Positions 49,257 to 60,800 of a stretch of 64,000 nucleotides of DNA are shown one piece after another. The stretch covers positions 144,892-208,891 of the forward strand of contig JBAWZD010000001.1 in NCBI GenBank assembly GCA_037143195.1. The letters are read 5' to 3'. Each line of letters opens with the position of its first letter. Within the stretch, counting starts at the first letter, position 1. The translations under genes were made by a program, and so were the position numbers. The notes below the pieces were generated by a model, which saw nothing but the letters and a program-made list of their open reading frames with translations, ran no database searches and was not told where the DNA came from. Origin of the DNA: a bacterium. Its GTDB lineage: Bacteria; Patescibacteriota; Minisyncoccia; Phycocordibacterales; UBA9973.

Positions 49257-50105
49257 ATGCTTACTGATGAAAAAGTTCGGGAACTTACATTACAAGCTAA
49301 CCTTATCCGCCAGTCGACAATAGAGGAATTGCTCCTTGCAAAATCAGGACATTCCGCAGGTCCGCTCGGCATGACGGACATTTTTACGTATTTTTATTTC
49401 CACGCACTCCGCCACGACCCAAAGCGTCCAGATTGGGCAGAGCGTGATCGTTTTGTGCTTTCAAACGGACATATTTGTCCGGGGCTTTATGCCACACTCG
49501 CGCACGCGGGATATTTTCCGCTTGAGGAATTGAAGACGCTTCGCAAACTCGGTAGCCGTCTCCAAGGTCACCCACACCGTGAGTGGCTTTCGTGTGTTGA
49601 AACATCAAGTGGTCCACTTGGATCAGGACTTTCGCAGGCGGCAGGTATGGCGCTCTCAGACAAAATGGATTATGGCGCGACCGCCACTCGTCACATTTAC
49701 TGTTTCATTTCCGACGGAGAACTTCAGGAAGGAAATAGTTGGGAGGGCATCATGTTTGCTGGCAAATACAAGCTCAACAATCTCATCACTGTCATCGACT
49801 ACAACAATATTCAAATCGAAGGTCTTGTCTCTGATGTTATGCCACTTGAACCACTCGCAGACAAATGGAAGAGTTTCAACTGGCATGTAATTGAAGTTGA
49901 TGGTCACGATTTCCGCGCTATCGACGAAGCTGTCGAACAAGCAAAATCAATTTCTGCTCAGCCGACAGTCATCATTGCGCACACCATTCCAGGCAAAGGC
50001 GTCTCATACATGGAACGCAATTACAAATGGCATGGCAATCCACCAAATGCCGAACAAGCAGCACAAGCTATCGCCGAACTCAAAGAAGCAGCTTTAAAGA
50101 TATAA
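49257..50105 (+). CDS. tktA: Transketolase N-terminal subunit
   Basis: SGH, DRFVLSNGH, LQGHP, DGELQEG. Confidence 0.93.
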   Translation: MLTDEKVRELTLQANLIRQSTIEELLLAKSGHSAGPLGMTDIFTYFYFHALRHDPKRPDWAERDRFVLSNGHICPGLYATLAHAGYFPLEELKTLRKLGSRLQGHPHREWLSCVETSSGPLGSGLSQAAGMALSDKMDYGATATRHIYCFISDGELQEGNSWEGIMFAGKYKLNNLITVIDYNNIQIEGLVSDVMPLEPLADKWKSFNWHVIEVDGHDFRAIDEAVEQAKSISAQPTVIIAHTIPGKGVSYMERNYKWHGNPPNAEQAAQAIAELKEAALKI

Positions 50106-50108
50106 TAT

Positions 50109-51107
50109 ATGTTGAATCCAAATCTAAAACTCAATCCAAAAATCTGGAACGACGATGTCGAAATGCTTCCAATCCGTCACGGATTTGGCGAAGGCTTGCT
50201 CAAGGCAGCAGAGACCGATGAGAGTATTGTTGGTATTTGTGCCGATCTTACCGAAAGTACAAAAATGAATCTCTTTGCGGACAAATTCCCAAAGCGTTTT
50301 GTGCAAGTTGGTGTTGCTGAGCAAAATCTTGTCACTGTTGCTTCAGGTATGGCTGCGATGGGCAAATTCCCATTCGTTTCGTCGTATGCAATGTTTAGTC
50401 CAGGACGAAACTGGGAGCAAATTCGCACAACGATTTGTTACAACGATGTACCTGTCGTCGTCGCGGGAAGCCACGCCGGAATTTCGGTCGGACCAGACGG
50501 CGGTACGCACCAAGCACTCGAAGATATTGCACTCATGCGCGTCCTCCCAAATATGATTGTGCTCACACCTTGTGATGCAATCGAGGCCCGCAAGGCAACA
50601 CTCGCGATAGCAAAACTCCGCAAGCCAGCATACATTCGTCTCGCTCGTGAAAAGAGTCCTGTCATCACGACAGAAGAAACTCCGTTTGAGATAGGGAAGG
50701 CACAAGTATTGTTTGAGACTGATGGTCTCGCACACGTCGGTGTCATTGCTTGTGGCGCACTCGTGCACGGCGCAATGCGTGCTGCGCAAAAACTCGAGAA
50801 AGAGGGAATTCGTGTGAAGGTCATGAATATCGGCACCATCAAACCGCTCGATGTGAATGCAATTGTCGCACTCGCAAAAGAAACAAAATCACTCGTGACT
50901 GTCGAAGAACACCAAATCGCCGGAGGTCTCGGAAGTGCTGTTGCAGAATGTCTTGCAAGTACTGTCCCAACTCCAATGGAATTCGTCGGTATGAAAGACA
51001 AATACGGAGAATCAGGTTCACCCGCAGAACTCGTTGAACATTTCGGTATGGGCACGACAGCTATCATCGAAGCGATTCGCCGTGCAGTCGACCGAAAACA
51101 AAAATAA
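50109..51107 (+). CDS. tktB: Transketolase C-terminal subunit
   Basis: GVAEQN, GPDGGTHQ, VEEH..GGLGS. Confidence 0.93.
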   Translation: MLNPNLKLNPKIWNDDVEMLPIRHGFGEGLLKAAETDESIVGICADLTESTKMNLFADKFPKRFVQVGVAEQNLVTVASGMAAMGKFPFVSSYAMFSPGRNWEQIRTTICYNDVPVVVAGSHAGISVGPDGGTHQALEDIALMRVLPNMIVLTPCDAIEARKATLAIAKLRKPAYIRLAREKSPVITTEETPFEIGKAQVLFETDGLAHVGVIACGALVHGAMRAAQKLEKEGIRVKVMNIGTIKPLDVNAIVALAKETKSLVTVEEHQIAGGLGSAVAECLASTVPTPMEFVGMKDKYGESGSPAELVEHFGMGTTAIIEAIRRAVDRKQK

Positions 51108-51124
51108 TTTTTTGTGTCACAGTA

Positions 51125-51150
51125 AAAAAGCCCCACATGTGGGGCTTTTT
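51125..51150. terminator. Bidirectional terminator between tkt and pfkB
   Basis: AAAAAAGCCCCAC-AT-GTGGGGCTTTTT between convergent genes. Confidence 0.8.
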
Positions 51151-51153
51151 CGT

Positions 51154-52143
51154 TTAGATCTGCGTTGGTTTGTAATCGCTTGGAGCCTTGGCGAGATACT
51201 CTTCGATTTGTGCGACAGTAAGGAGTCCTTTTTGTGCGCCGACGTGTTCTGTGACTGACATTGAATTGATTGGTGCCCAGAGGAGTGCCTCTTGGACAGA
51301 TTTGCCCATCGAAAGTGCGACGGTGAATGTTGAGGAGAATGCATCACCAGCGCCCGTGCGCTCAAGTGGGGTGTTTGGATAGATTGGCATAAACCAGCTT
51401 GTGCCGTCTTCTTCGCGTGCGTATGCGCCACGAATACCGTCAGTGACGACCACTATCTTTGGTCCGAGTGCGTGAATCGCGTCCATCAATTTTTTCGCAT
51501 CTTTTTCAACGACGTTGAGAATGCGTTGCGCTTCTTCCATGTTGCAGAAAAATGCATCAGCACGCTGGTAGACGGCTTTCAATTTTTCTGTGCCGAGCTT
51601 CATCTGAAATGTTCCAGGTTGAAAGGCGAGTTTGGTCGTTGGGTTCTGCTCGAGCCATGAAATGATCTCTTGGTGGAATGGTTCGGTGTTTGAGCCGAGC
51701 GACGTGAGATAAATCCATTTTGGAGCAACAAGATTTGGAGGAAGCGTGCGAGTGTACTGTACGTGCTTGATGAGAATCGTGCGCTCGGGAACATACCAAA
51801 GGACATAGTGGTAGTTTGTCGGTGCGACGAGGTCGGTGCCGACATATTCTGTGGCGACGTTGTTTCCGGCGAGTGCTTCAAGACACTTTTTGCCGAGGTC
51901 GTCATTGCCGACCATGGCGGAGAGCGCCGAGGCGTAGCCGAGGCGCGCTGCAGCGACGGCCGCGTTTGGTCCATTGCCCACTCCATACACAACTTCACTT
52001 GATTCAAAGGGGACTTTGTCGGCAAAACGAAGGCACAATTTGTAATCTTTAGTATCAGGTTCACCGACGACGTCTGCGTCAGTAATGCGGATAAAGTTGT
52101 CGGCTACAGCATCGCCAATTGAGAGGAAATCATAAGTATTCAT
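51154..52143 (-). CDS. PfkB-family carbohydrate kinase
   Basis: N.AVAAARLG, VVTDG..GA, TGAGDAF. Confidence 0.92.
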   Translation of the reverse strand: MNTYDFLSIGDAVADNFIRITDADVVGEPDTKDYKLCLRFADKVPFESSEVVYGVGNGPNAAVAAARLGYASALSAMVGNDDLGKKCLEALAGNNVATEYVGTDLVAPTNYHYVLWYVPERTILIKHVQYTRTLPPNLVAPKWIYLTSLGSNTEPFHQEIISWLEQNPTTKLAFQPGTFQMKLGTEKLKAVYQRADAFFCNMEEAQRILNVVEKDAKKLMDAIHALGPKIVVVTDGIRGAYAREEDGTSWFMPIYPNTPLERTGAGDAFSSTFTVALSMGKSVQEALLWAPINSMSVTEHVGAQKGLLTVAQIEEYLAKAPSDYKPTQI

Positions 52144-52196
52144 ACGCCAATTCTAGCATAGCAATCGCATTGTTGGTACAATGCGTTTACCAACCT

Positions 52197-53903
52197 ATGA
52201 AAGACAAAATCAAAGCATTTTTTAAAGGAGACCTCGATGATTCTCCAGAGACAATTACTAAGTACAGTCATGATGCGAGTTTGTTTGAAATGAAGCCCGA
52301 GCTCGTTGCATATCCGAAAGATAGCGACGATGTTGCCTCGCTCGTGCGTTTCGCTTCCGAACAAAAAAAACTCGGCGCGCACATTTCCGTCACTCCACGT
52401 TCAGCCGGCACCTGTATGGCCGGAGGTTCGTTGACTGACTCAATCAGTCTCGATGGCATGCGCTATCTCAATCAGATCCGTGAGGTGAAGCCTGTTGCAG
52501 ACTATTCATACTTGCCACATTTTTATGGAGCACAGCCTGTCACTATTTCAGGTGAAGCACGACTTCAGACTGGAATTTTTTATCGTGATCTTGAAGCAGA
52601 AGTAACAAAACAAAATTTGCTTCTCCCATGCTTCACCGCGTCCAAAGGTATCAATGCGATCGGAGGCATGATTGGAAACAATTCTGGCGGTGAACTTTCA
52701 CTCAAATACGGCAAGATGCAAGATTATGTGAAAGGTGTAGAAGTCGTGCTTGCCGATGGGTCCAAAGAGACGTTTGGTGAACTCACACGCGCCGAAGCTG
52801 AAGCAAAAGCACAGCAAGATACATTTGCAGGGCACATCTATCGCGACATGCTCGCACTCATCGATGCAAATCGTCCACTCATCGAATCAAAGATGCCCCA
52901 TGTTTCCAAAAATTCCGCTGGGTATAATATTTGGAATGTCTCACGCAAAGATGCACAAGGCAATGAAATCATTGATATGAGTCAGCTCATTGTTGGTGCT
53001 GAAGGCACGCTCGGTGTTGCGACAGATGTCACACTTCGTCTCGTCAAAATCAAAAAAGATTCTGCGCTCCTCGTACTTTTCCTCACGGACCTCACTGAGC
53101 TCGCCGATATCGTCGTTGAGTCGCTCAAAGTTTCTCCCGAGACGCTTGAGGCATACGACGACAAGACGATCATGCTCGCCGTGCGTTTCTGGGCAGGCTT
53201 CATCAAGAAGCTCGGCTTCTTTGGTGCAATCAAACTTGGTCTCCAATTTATTCCTGAATTCAAAATGATGCTCGGAGGAATGCCGAAACTCGTGCTCCTT
53301 GTCGAGTGTGCTGGCGATGACAAGACTGAAGTACTCACACGAATCGACACACTCAAGAAAAATCTCGCTCGATTTAAAAATCTCAAAACTCGCGTCGTTG
53401 AGAATCGTGCCGCCGCAGAAAAATATTGGACGATTCGCCGAGATAGTTTTGCGCTCTTGCGAGAACATTTCCAAGGCAAGCGCACTGCACCATTTATCGA
53501 TGACGTCATCGTCCCACCAGCTCGACTTCCAGAATTCATCCCAGCGATTCATGCAATCCTTGAGAAGCACAATCTCACGTACAACATTCACGGGCACGCT
53601 GGAAATGGCAATTTCCATTTGATTCCACTCATCGATAGCGACGCACGTCTCGCCGAAAAAATGATTCTTGATGTATCTGAAGAAGTGTACGCCCTCGTGC
53701 TCAAAATGGGAGGTTCAATTACAGCCGAACATAACGACGGTATCATCCGTACACCGTATTTGCTCGACATGTTTGGCCCCGAGATGACAAATATTTTCGC
53801 TCAAATCAAAAAAATATTTGACCCAGAAACGATTTTTAACCCTGGTAAAAAAGTCGGACTTACCAAGGCAGATATTGGAAAGTTTTTGATTTCCGGCAAG
53901 TAG
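52197..53903 (+). CDS. FAD-binding oxidoreductase (GlcD/D-lactate dehydrogenase family)
   Basis: PRSAGT, GGMIGNNSGG, GAEGTLG, HAGNGNFH, AEHNDG, FNPGKK. Confidence 0.88.
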   Translation: MKDKIKAFFKGDLDDSPETITKYSHDASLFEMKPELVAYPKDSDDVASLVRFASEQKKLGAHISVTPRSAGTCMAGGSLTDSISLDGMRYLNQIREVKPVADYSYLPHFYGAQPVTISGEARLQTGIFYRDLEAEVTKQNLLLPCFTASKGINAIGGMIGNNSGGELSLKYGKMQDYVKGVEVVLADGSKETFGELTRAEAEAKAQQDTFAGHIYRDMLALIDANRPLIESKMPHVSKNSAGYNIWNVSRKDAQGNEIIDMSQLIVGAEGTLGVATDVTLRLVKIKKDSALLVLFLTDLTELADIVVESLKVSPETLEAYDDKTIMLAVRFWAGFIKKLGFFGAIKLGLQFIPEFKMMLGGMPKLVLLVECAGDDKTEVLTRIDTLKKNLARFKNLKTRVVENRAAAEKYWTIRRDSFALLREHFQGKRTAPFIDDVIVPPARLPEFIPAIHAILEKHNLTYNIHGHAGNGNFHLIPLIDSDARLAEKMILDVSEEVYALVLKMGGSITAEHNDGIIRTPYLLDMFGPEMTNIFAQIKKIFDPETIFNPGKKVGLTKADIGKFLISGK

Positions 53904-53925
53904 TGGGGTATACTCTGTAGCACAT

Positions 53926-54834
53926 ATGACAGACCGAATGCTCTTCTGTGGAAGCCACGACCACGCCCTTGGCGAAAAAGTGGCAGCTATTATTGGGTGC
54001 GAAATCGGCCGACTCGAGATTACTTCATTTGCAGACACCGAACAGCGTGTTCGTGTGCTTGATGATGTGGGTGACAAAGTAGTGTTTGTGCTCATGTCTA
54101 TCGCAACACCTGTCGACAGTCGTCTCGTTGAGCTCTGTCTCATCGCTGACGCACTCAAGGGTGCCGATGCCAAGAAGATCATTGCCGTGCTTCCATACCT
54201 CGGCTACATGCGTCAAGACAAGGCTCATCGCGAAGGCGAAGCTGTTTCTGCTCGCGTAATTGCACGCATGATTGAAAGTGCTGGATACGACAAAGTCATC
54301 ACGATCGATCTTCACAGTGATGCGTCTGCTGGATTCTTCAATATCCCAGTCAATCACTTGTTCTCATTCTCTATTTTTGCTGATGTGCTCAAAAACGAAA
54401 ACAAAGATCCCGTTATCGTCGCTCCAGACGCTGGTGCTGCCAAGCGTGCACAGCGTTTCGCTTCAATCCTCGGTGCTCCAATGATTCTCCTCGAAAAGAA
54501 ACGCGATCTCTCAAAGATGCACACCATCGAAAGTATGCGTCTCATCGGTAGTTCAGAAGGCAAGGAGGCTGTCCTCATCGACGACCTCGTCACTTCTGGT
54601 CAAACACTCGCAAAGGCGGCAACTGCGCTCAAAGAAGAAGGTGCTCCACGAGTCATCGCCTGTGTGACACACCCAGTATTCATCGACCGTACGAAGGAGA
54701 TTCTCTCAAGTACTGCGCTTGATGCTGTATATGTTACCGATACGATTCCACTCCCAGAAGAGTACAAATTCCCAAATCTCCACATCGTTTCTGTTGCACC
54801 ACTCCTCGCAGAAGCTATTCAAAAGACTCGTTAG
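53926..54834 (+). CDS. prs: Ribose-phosphate pyrophosphokinase
   Basis: PYLGYMRQDK, DLH, APDAG, IDDLVTSGQT. Confidence 0.95.
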   Translation: MTDRMLFCGSHDHALGEKVAAIIGCEIGRLEITSFADTEQRVRVLDDVGDKVVFVLMSIATPVDSRLVELCLIADALKGADAKKIIAVLPYLGYMRQDKAHREGEAVSARVIARMIESAGYDKVITIDLHSDASAGFFNIPVNHLFSFSIFADVLKNENKDPVIVAPDAGAAKRAQRFASILGAPMILLEKKRDLSKMHTIESMRLIGSSEGKEAVLIDDLVTSGQTLAKAATALKEEGAPRVIACVTHPVFIDRTKEILSSTALDAVYVTDTIPLPEEYKFPNLHIVSVAPLLAEAIQKTR

Positions 54835-54903
54835 TTTTGTGCATGGGGAAAATAACCTTACGGCATCTTGCCTTAAGGTTATTTTTATGTATAATAGGGT
54901 CCT

Positions 54904-55545
54904 ATGTCACTTAGTCTGAAAGCAACAACCCGCGACGCGGGCAAAAATCTTACCAATATCCGCGCTGAGGGCTCGGTACCTGCTGTCGTATACGGCGCTG
55001 GTCGCGAAACCCTCTCAATCGCAGTTTCACTCCGCGATTTTATGAAAGTTCACAAGGAGGCTGGTGAATCTGGCACAGTCGAACTCGAACTTCCTACAGG
55101 AAAAGTCACTGTCCTCATTCACGAGGTCACTGCTGATCCAGTCAAGGATTTCCCACAGCACGTAGACTTCCTCGCGATCGACGTTACAAAGCCAATCACT
55201 GTCTCTGTACCACTCGAATTCGTTGGAACATCACCTGCAGTCAAGGGCTCACTCGGAACGCTCGTCAAACAGCTTCACGAAATCGAAGTGACTGGTCTTG
55301 CAAAAGACATCCCACATTCAGTTGAGGTTGATATCTCATCACTCGATGTTCTTGATAGTCATGTTTCAGTTGGCGACCTCAAGCTTCCATCTGGAGTAAA
55401 GGCAAACGCAAAAGCTACTGATATCGTTGTTTCTATCGCAGCAGTTAAAGAAGAAAAAGACGAAGTTGCTACACCAATCGACTTCAGTCAAATCGAAGTG
55501 GAGAAGAAAGGAAAGAAAGAGGAAGAAGGAGCAGAAGCTGCTTAA
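54904..55545 (+). CDS. rplY: 50S ribosomal protein L25 (Ctc form)
   Basis: VPAVVYG, HVDF, C-terminal beta domain. Confidence 0.95.
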   Translation: MSLSLKATTRDAGKNLTNIRAEGSVPAVVYGAGRETLSIAVSLRDFMKVHKEAGESGTVELELPTGKVTVLIHEVTADPVKDFPQHVDFLAIDVTKPITVSVPLEFVGTSPAVKGSLGTLVKQLHEIEVTGLAKDIPHSVEVDISSLDVLDSHVSVGDLKLPSGVKANAKATDIVVSIAAVKEEKDEVATPIDFSQIEVEKKGKKEEEGAEAA

Positions 55546-55565
55546 TACTCAATCATTCGGTTTTC

Positions 55566-55601
55566 AAAATACGGGGCGCGCCAATGGCGCGCCCCGTATT
55601 T
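55566..55601 (+). terminator. Terminator after rplY
   Basis: AAAATACGGGGCGCGCC-AAT-GGCGCGCCCCGTATTTT. Confidence 0.8.
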
Positions 55602-55633
55602 TCTTGCCCAAATCATGCTATACTAAAAGACCT

Positions 55634-57070
55634 ATGCGAAAGGGCCATTTTATTGCACGCAGTACACCGATTTTCCTTCTGCTCTCCCTCATAGCTGTCA
55701 CATTCTCACCATTTTTTGATGGTGTGGCTGTCGCCGACACCGATCCTGCGGTAACTGAATGTCAAAACTATCTTTCAAATGTATCTGCCTCAGAACTTTC
55801 AAATCCTGCAAGCAAGGGCGCTCAGTGTAAGAGTCTTATCGGCCTCTACGCCGAGCTTGCACAGCAACAAGCAAATCTCGCAAATCAAAAAAGTGTCTCT
55901 GGAACATTGTCTGGAGATATCAAGACAGTAACCGCACAAATCAACGCTAAAAAGACAGAAATTAAAACAAAAGTTGCACACATCGCAGTACTCACAAATT
56001 CGATCGGAGAAAAGAAAGTTGCGATTCAATCACTTGCGGACAAGATTCAAAACCAAAAGGATTCACTTGCGCAGCTTCTTCGAAAGACAAATGAAATGGA
56101 TCGAAATACGGTCACGGATTTTCTCCTTTCCTCGAGTACATTGTCTGATTTTTCTTCTGACGTCAGTCGTTTTGATACGTTGAAAGTGCAAGTTAGAGCG
56201 TCTGTTGATACGATCAAAACAATCAAAGGAGTTACAGAGCAAAAGAAGGCCGAACTTGAAAAAGAACAAAATCTTACCATCGATGAGAAGCAGGCGCTTG
56301 TACAGACGCAGAATAATTTGGCGGTTAAGCAATCAGCCCAAAAAACCTTGCTTGGAATCAGTAAAGACAAAGAGGTGCAATATCAAAAATTGATTGCTGA
56401 CCAACAAGCAAAAGTAGCTACGATCAAGGCAAAACTCTTCCAGCTTGCCGGAGGTTCGCAAGCAATTCGATTTGATGTAGCGCTTCAGTATGCCAACCAA
56501 GCTGCTTCATCAACTGGAATTGATCCCGCATTCTTGCTTGCCGAACTTACCCAAGAATCGAACCTTGGTGCAAACGTCGGTAAATGTTATTTGACCGATA
56601 CTTCGTCAGGAGCAGGTGTGGGCGTGAATTCCGGAAAAGTATTCACGAACGTTATGAAAGCCTCACGTGATGTTGGGCCGTTCTTGGATATCACGTCACG
56701 TCTCGGATATGACCCTATGAAAACTGTCGTCTCATGTCCAATCGCTGGAGTTGCTGGTTACGGTGGGGCAATGGGTCCAGCTCAGTTCATTCCTTCAACA
56801 TGGAAGATTTTTGAAAAACGATTAATCAGCGCTCTTGGCAAGCAAACTCCAAACCCATGGATGGCGCAAGACGCCTTTATGGCCGCATCAATGTATCTCA
56901 CAGACCTCGGGGGAGTCGGTAGCAGTGCAAGTGCCCAACTTCGTGCATCGTGCAAATACTATGGCTCAGGAGGCTCAACATGCTCGTATGGAAGGAATGT
57001 TCAGTCGCTCAAATTGAGTATCCAGAGTGATATCGATTACCTGAACCAATACGGTGTTTCAAGGCGATAA
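55634..57070 (+). CDS. Secreted coiled-coil protein with a lytic transglycosylase domain
   Basis: Signal peptide, PcsB-like coiled coil, TQESNLG and GAMGPAQFIPSTW. Confidence 0.85.
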   Translation: MRKGHFIARSTPIFLLLSLIAVTFSPFFDGVAVADTDPAVTECQNYLSNVSASELSNPASKGAQCKSLIGLYAELAQQQANLANQKSVSGTLSGDIKTVTAQINAKKTEIKTKVAHIAVLTNSIGEKKVAIQSLADKIQNQKDSLAQLLRKTNEMDRNTVTDFLLSSSTLSDFSSDVSRFDTLKVQVRASVDTIKTIKGVTEQKKAELEKEQNLTIDEKQALVQTQNNLAVKQSAQKTLLGISKDKEVQYQKLIADQQAKVATIKAKLFQLAGGSQAIRFDVALQYANQAASSTGIDPAFLLAELTQESNLGANVGKCYLTDTSSGAGVGVNSGKVFTNVMKASRDVGPFLDITSRLGYDPMKTVVSCPIAGVAGYGGAMGPAQFIPSTWKIFEKRLISALGKQTPNPWMAQDAFMAASMYLTDLGGVGSSASAQLRASCKYYGSGGSTCSYGRNVQSLKLSIQSDIDYLNQYGVSRR

Positions 57071-57115
57071 TCGACAATTTGCCAAAATAAATGAATCGTG
57101 CTAATCTGTCTACCT

Positions 57116-57340
57116 ATGCAGAAAAATATTCACCCAACATACCACGCAACATCAAAGGCCGTTTGTGTCTGTGGAGCAACATACGTTGTAGGATCTACAA
57201 AGGATACTCTCAACGTTGAAATCTGTTCCGCTTGCCATCCGTTTTATACTGGTAAGGAAAACATTCTCGACACAGCAGGACGTCTTGATCGTTTCAACAA
57301 GCGTCGCGCCCTCGCTTCTTCAAAAAAGAAGGCTGCGTAG
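57116..57340 (+). CDS. rpmE: 50S ribosomal protein L31 (Zn-binding type)
   Basis: [18 protein letters not shown]. Confidence 0.96.
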   Translation: MQKNIHPTYHATSKAVCVCGATYVVGSTKDTLNVEICSACHPFYTGKENILDTAGRLDRFNKRRALASSKKKAA

Positions 57341-57348
57341 CTACTCGA

Positions 57349-57387
57349 AAAAGTGCGCGGTCGCCCTTCGGGCGACCGCGCACTTTT
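57349..57387 (+). terminator. Terminator after rpmE
   Basis: AAAAGTGCGCGGTCGCCC-TTC-GGGCGACCGCGCACTTTT. Confidence 0.8.
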
Positions 57388-57429
57388 CTTTCCATTGGAA
57401 CATTTCACAAACAAAAGTATACTAATCCT

Positions 57430-58416
57430 ATGAACCTCATCGACAGACTCCCCGAACTCAAAAAAGATCACAAGACCTCGTACCTCGCCGAACAGTACGA
57501 GAAGCTTTTGCGTGAGGAAGAACAGGTACGTGAGATGCTTACCGGAGATGGTGAATTGCACGATATGGCAGTCAAAGAACTCGAAATCGTAGAGGAACAA
57601 AAGCATGGTATCGAAGCACAGATCAAGGCAATTGAAGATTCAGAAAAGGAAGAAGAGCAATTTCCAAATGAAATCGTGCTTGAAATTCGTGCAGGTGCAG
57701 GGGGAGACGAAGCAAGTCTTTTTGCAGCAGAACTCGCAGGAGCATATCAGGGATATGCAGAAATGATGCACTGGAGCTGGAAGAAGCTCGAAGCATCAAG
57801 TTCAGAAGTTGGAGGATATCGCGAAGCGTCGTTCGAGGTTCGTGGCAAGGACGTTTACAAGAAGCTCCGCTTCGAAACAGGCACTCACCGCGTCCAGCGC
57901 ATTCCAGATACCGAAAAGAACGGCCGTATTCACACCTCGACTATAACAGTCGCCGTCCTTGCCATCCGCAAAAAAGTAAAATTCGAAATCAACCCTGGGG
58001 ACCTCGACATGGAATATTCTCGCGCGGGAGGAAAGGGAGGACAGAACGTCAACAAAGTTGAGACGGCTGTTCGTCTCATTCACAAACCTACCGGTCTCGA
58101 TGTTCGTTGTACAAGTGAGCGCAGTCAGCTCGCCAACCGTGAGCGTGCAATGGAAATTCTCACGGCCAAAATCCAAATGCTCAAAGAACAAGAAGAGCAC
58201 GCCAAGTATTCTGCCGAGCGCAAAAACCAAGTCGGTACCGCCGATCGCTCAGAAAAAATCCGCACCTACAACTATCCACAAGACCGCATCACCGACCACC
58301 GCATCAAGCAATCATGGTCCAACATCCCTGGCATCATGGAAGGCAAACTCGACAAGATAATCAATGCACTTGAAGAAGGCAAAGAAGGCGACGCTTCTGA
58401 ATCGGAAGAAGAGTAA
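57430..58416 (+). CDS. prfA: Peptide chain release factor 1
   Basis: PDT (PxT) motif, GGQ, EKIRTYN.PQ; follows rpmE. Confidence 0.95.
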   Translation: MNLIDRLPELKKDHKTSYLAEQYEKLLREEEQVREMLTGDGELHDMAVKELEIVEEQKHGIEAQIKAIEDSEKEEEQFPNEIVLEIRAGAGGDEASLFAAELAGAYQGYAEMMHWSWKKLEASSSEVGGYREASFEVRGKDVYKKLRFETGTHRVQRIPDTEKNGRIHTSTITVAVLAIRKKVKFEINPGDLDMEYSRAGGKGGQNVNKVETAVRLIHKPTGLDVRCTSERSQLANRERAMEILTAKIQMLKEQEEHAKYSAERKNQVGTADRSEKIRTYNYPQDRITDHRIKQSWSNIPGIMEGKLDKIINALEEGKEGDASESEEE

Positions 58417-58531
58417 CGAGTAAAATTTTCGTGTTTGAACAGGCCTTTCGCAGGCGCTTGGCGCCGAGAAGCCCGCGCGCGAGCACGCGCGACGAGTTGC
58501 CTGGCAAACACGAAAATTTTTTCTCGTTACT
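58412..58531 (+). repeat. Long inverted repeat forming a Y-shaped RNA structure after prfA
   Basis: AGTAACGAG-T-AAAATTTTCGTGTTTG..CAGGC pairs with GCCTG..CAAACACGAAAATTTT..CTCGTTACT and encloses two GC hairpins. Confidence 0.7.
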
Positions 58532-58695
58532 TTGCTTGTGTTTTGTATTCGTGGTACTCTATATGAAGTAGTATTGTTTCTCATGTGCGCCTTGTTACGC
58601 AGGGAGTGTACGGTGAACGCTCTACTTGAAGACCATCGAGGTTTTCATTTATAAAGTTTCGCGCGTGCGACGCATGTTTCGCACAGTACAATAGT

Positions 58696-58956
58696 ATGGC
58701 AAAGAAGCTCTACGTTGGAGGAGTACCTTACTCTTCGACAGATGCAGATCTCAAAGCTCACTTTGAGACAGTCGGACCAGTCTTGTCCGCAGTTATTATC
58801 ATGGATAAGATGACAGGCCGTTCAAAAGGCTTCGGTTTCGTTGAAATGGAAAACGATGCTGATGCTGATACAGCTGTCGATCAGTTGAACAACACTGATT
58901 TCCAAGGACGCAAGCTTACGGTTTCTCCAGCACGTCCGCAGGAGCGCCGCTTCTAA
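58696..58956 (+). CDS. RRM RNA-binding protein
   Basis: KLYVGG (RNP2), KGFGFVEM (RNP1). Confidence 0.95.
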   Translation: MAKKLYVGGVPYSSTDADLKAHFETVGPVLSAVIIMDKMTGRSKGFGFVEMENDADADTAVDQLNNTDFQGRKLTVSPARPQERRF

Positions 58957-58978
58957 TCTCTTTTTGATTCCAAGCACC

Positions 58979-59014
58979 AAAACCACCCGAGCGGTAACAC
59001 GCTCGGGTGGTTTT
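58979..59014 (+). terminator. Terminator after the RRM gene
   Basis: AAAACCACCCGAGCG..CGCTCGGGTGGTTTT. Confidence 0.8.
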
Positions 59015-59078
59015 GCATTGCCGGAACAGTTTTTATTTGATATAGTGTTTTTGCCCGATATGGGCTCGTTTTCTATTT

Positions 59079-59150
59079 GCGTGTGTAGTTCAGTGGTAGA
59101 ACGCTGTCCTGATAAGACAGAGGTCGTAGGTTCGATTCCTACCACACGCA
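59079..59150 (+). tRNA. tRNA-Ile(GAT)
   Basis: GCGTGTG..CTGTC-CTGATAA-GACAG..GTTCGATTC..CACACGCA. Confidence 0.93.
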
Positions 59151-59262
59151 CAAAGAGCAGAAATGCTTATTCACTCAGACGGTTTGAAATGCTATTGAAC
59201 TTCGTGTATACTCTTGTGCGAAAGGGAGGCCAAACGCCGTGTTTGACCCTTTTTATTATAAA

Positions 59263-59512
59263 ATGAGTGACCACACCCCACAATCCTATTGGCATGACGC
59301 TCTCATGGCGTTTGGCCGAATGTCGGGATGGGTGGTCGGACCAATCGTTGTGTCGTTGTTCCTCGGAAAATGGCTCGATGCGAAGTTCGGCACATGGCCT
59401 ATTATTTTTGTGGCATTGACTGGAATTGCCTTCATTCTCTCAATGTTTGGGCTCGTCAAGGAAGGCAAAAGCTATTTACGAAGCGTAGAAGAAAAGGCAG
59501 GAAAGAATACCC

Positions 59513-59541
<29 letters not shown>
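59263..59541 (+). CDS. AtpZ/AtpI-family protein
   Basis: LFLGKWLDAKFGT.P; first gene of the atp operon. Confidence 0.85.
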
Positions 59542-60723
<1,182 letters not shown>

Positions 60724-60800
60724 GCAGTTTGAAGATTTGAGATTTCGGTCTTGAATCTTCACTACTGCTCGCTTGCAGTTATCAATCAATCTTACAACGT

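Noticed and set aside
58822-59266. ORFs overlapping tRNA-Ile
   Set aside because: Spurious translations of the tRNA and terminator sequence.
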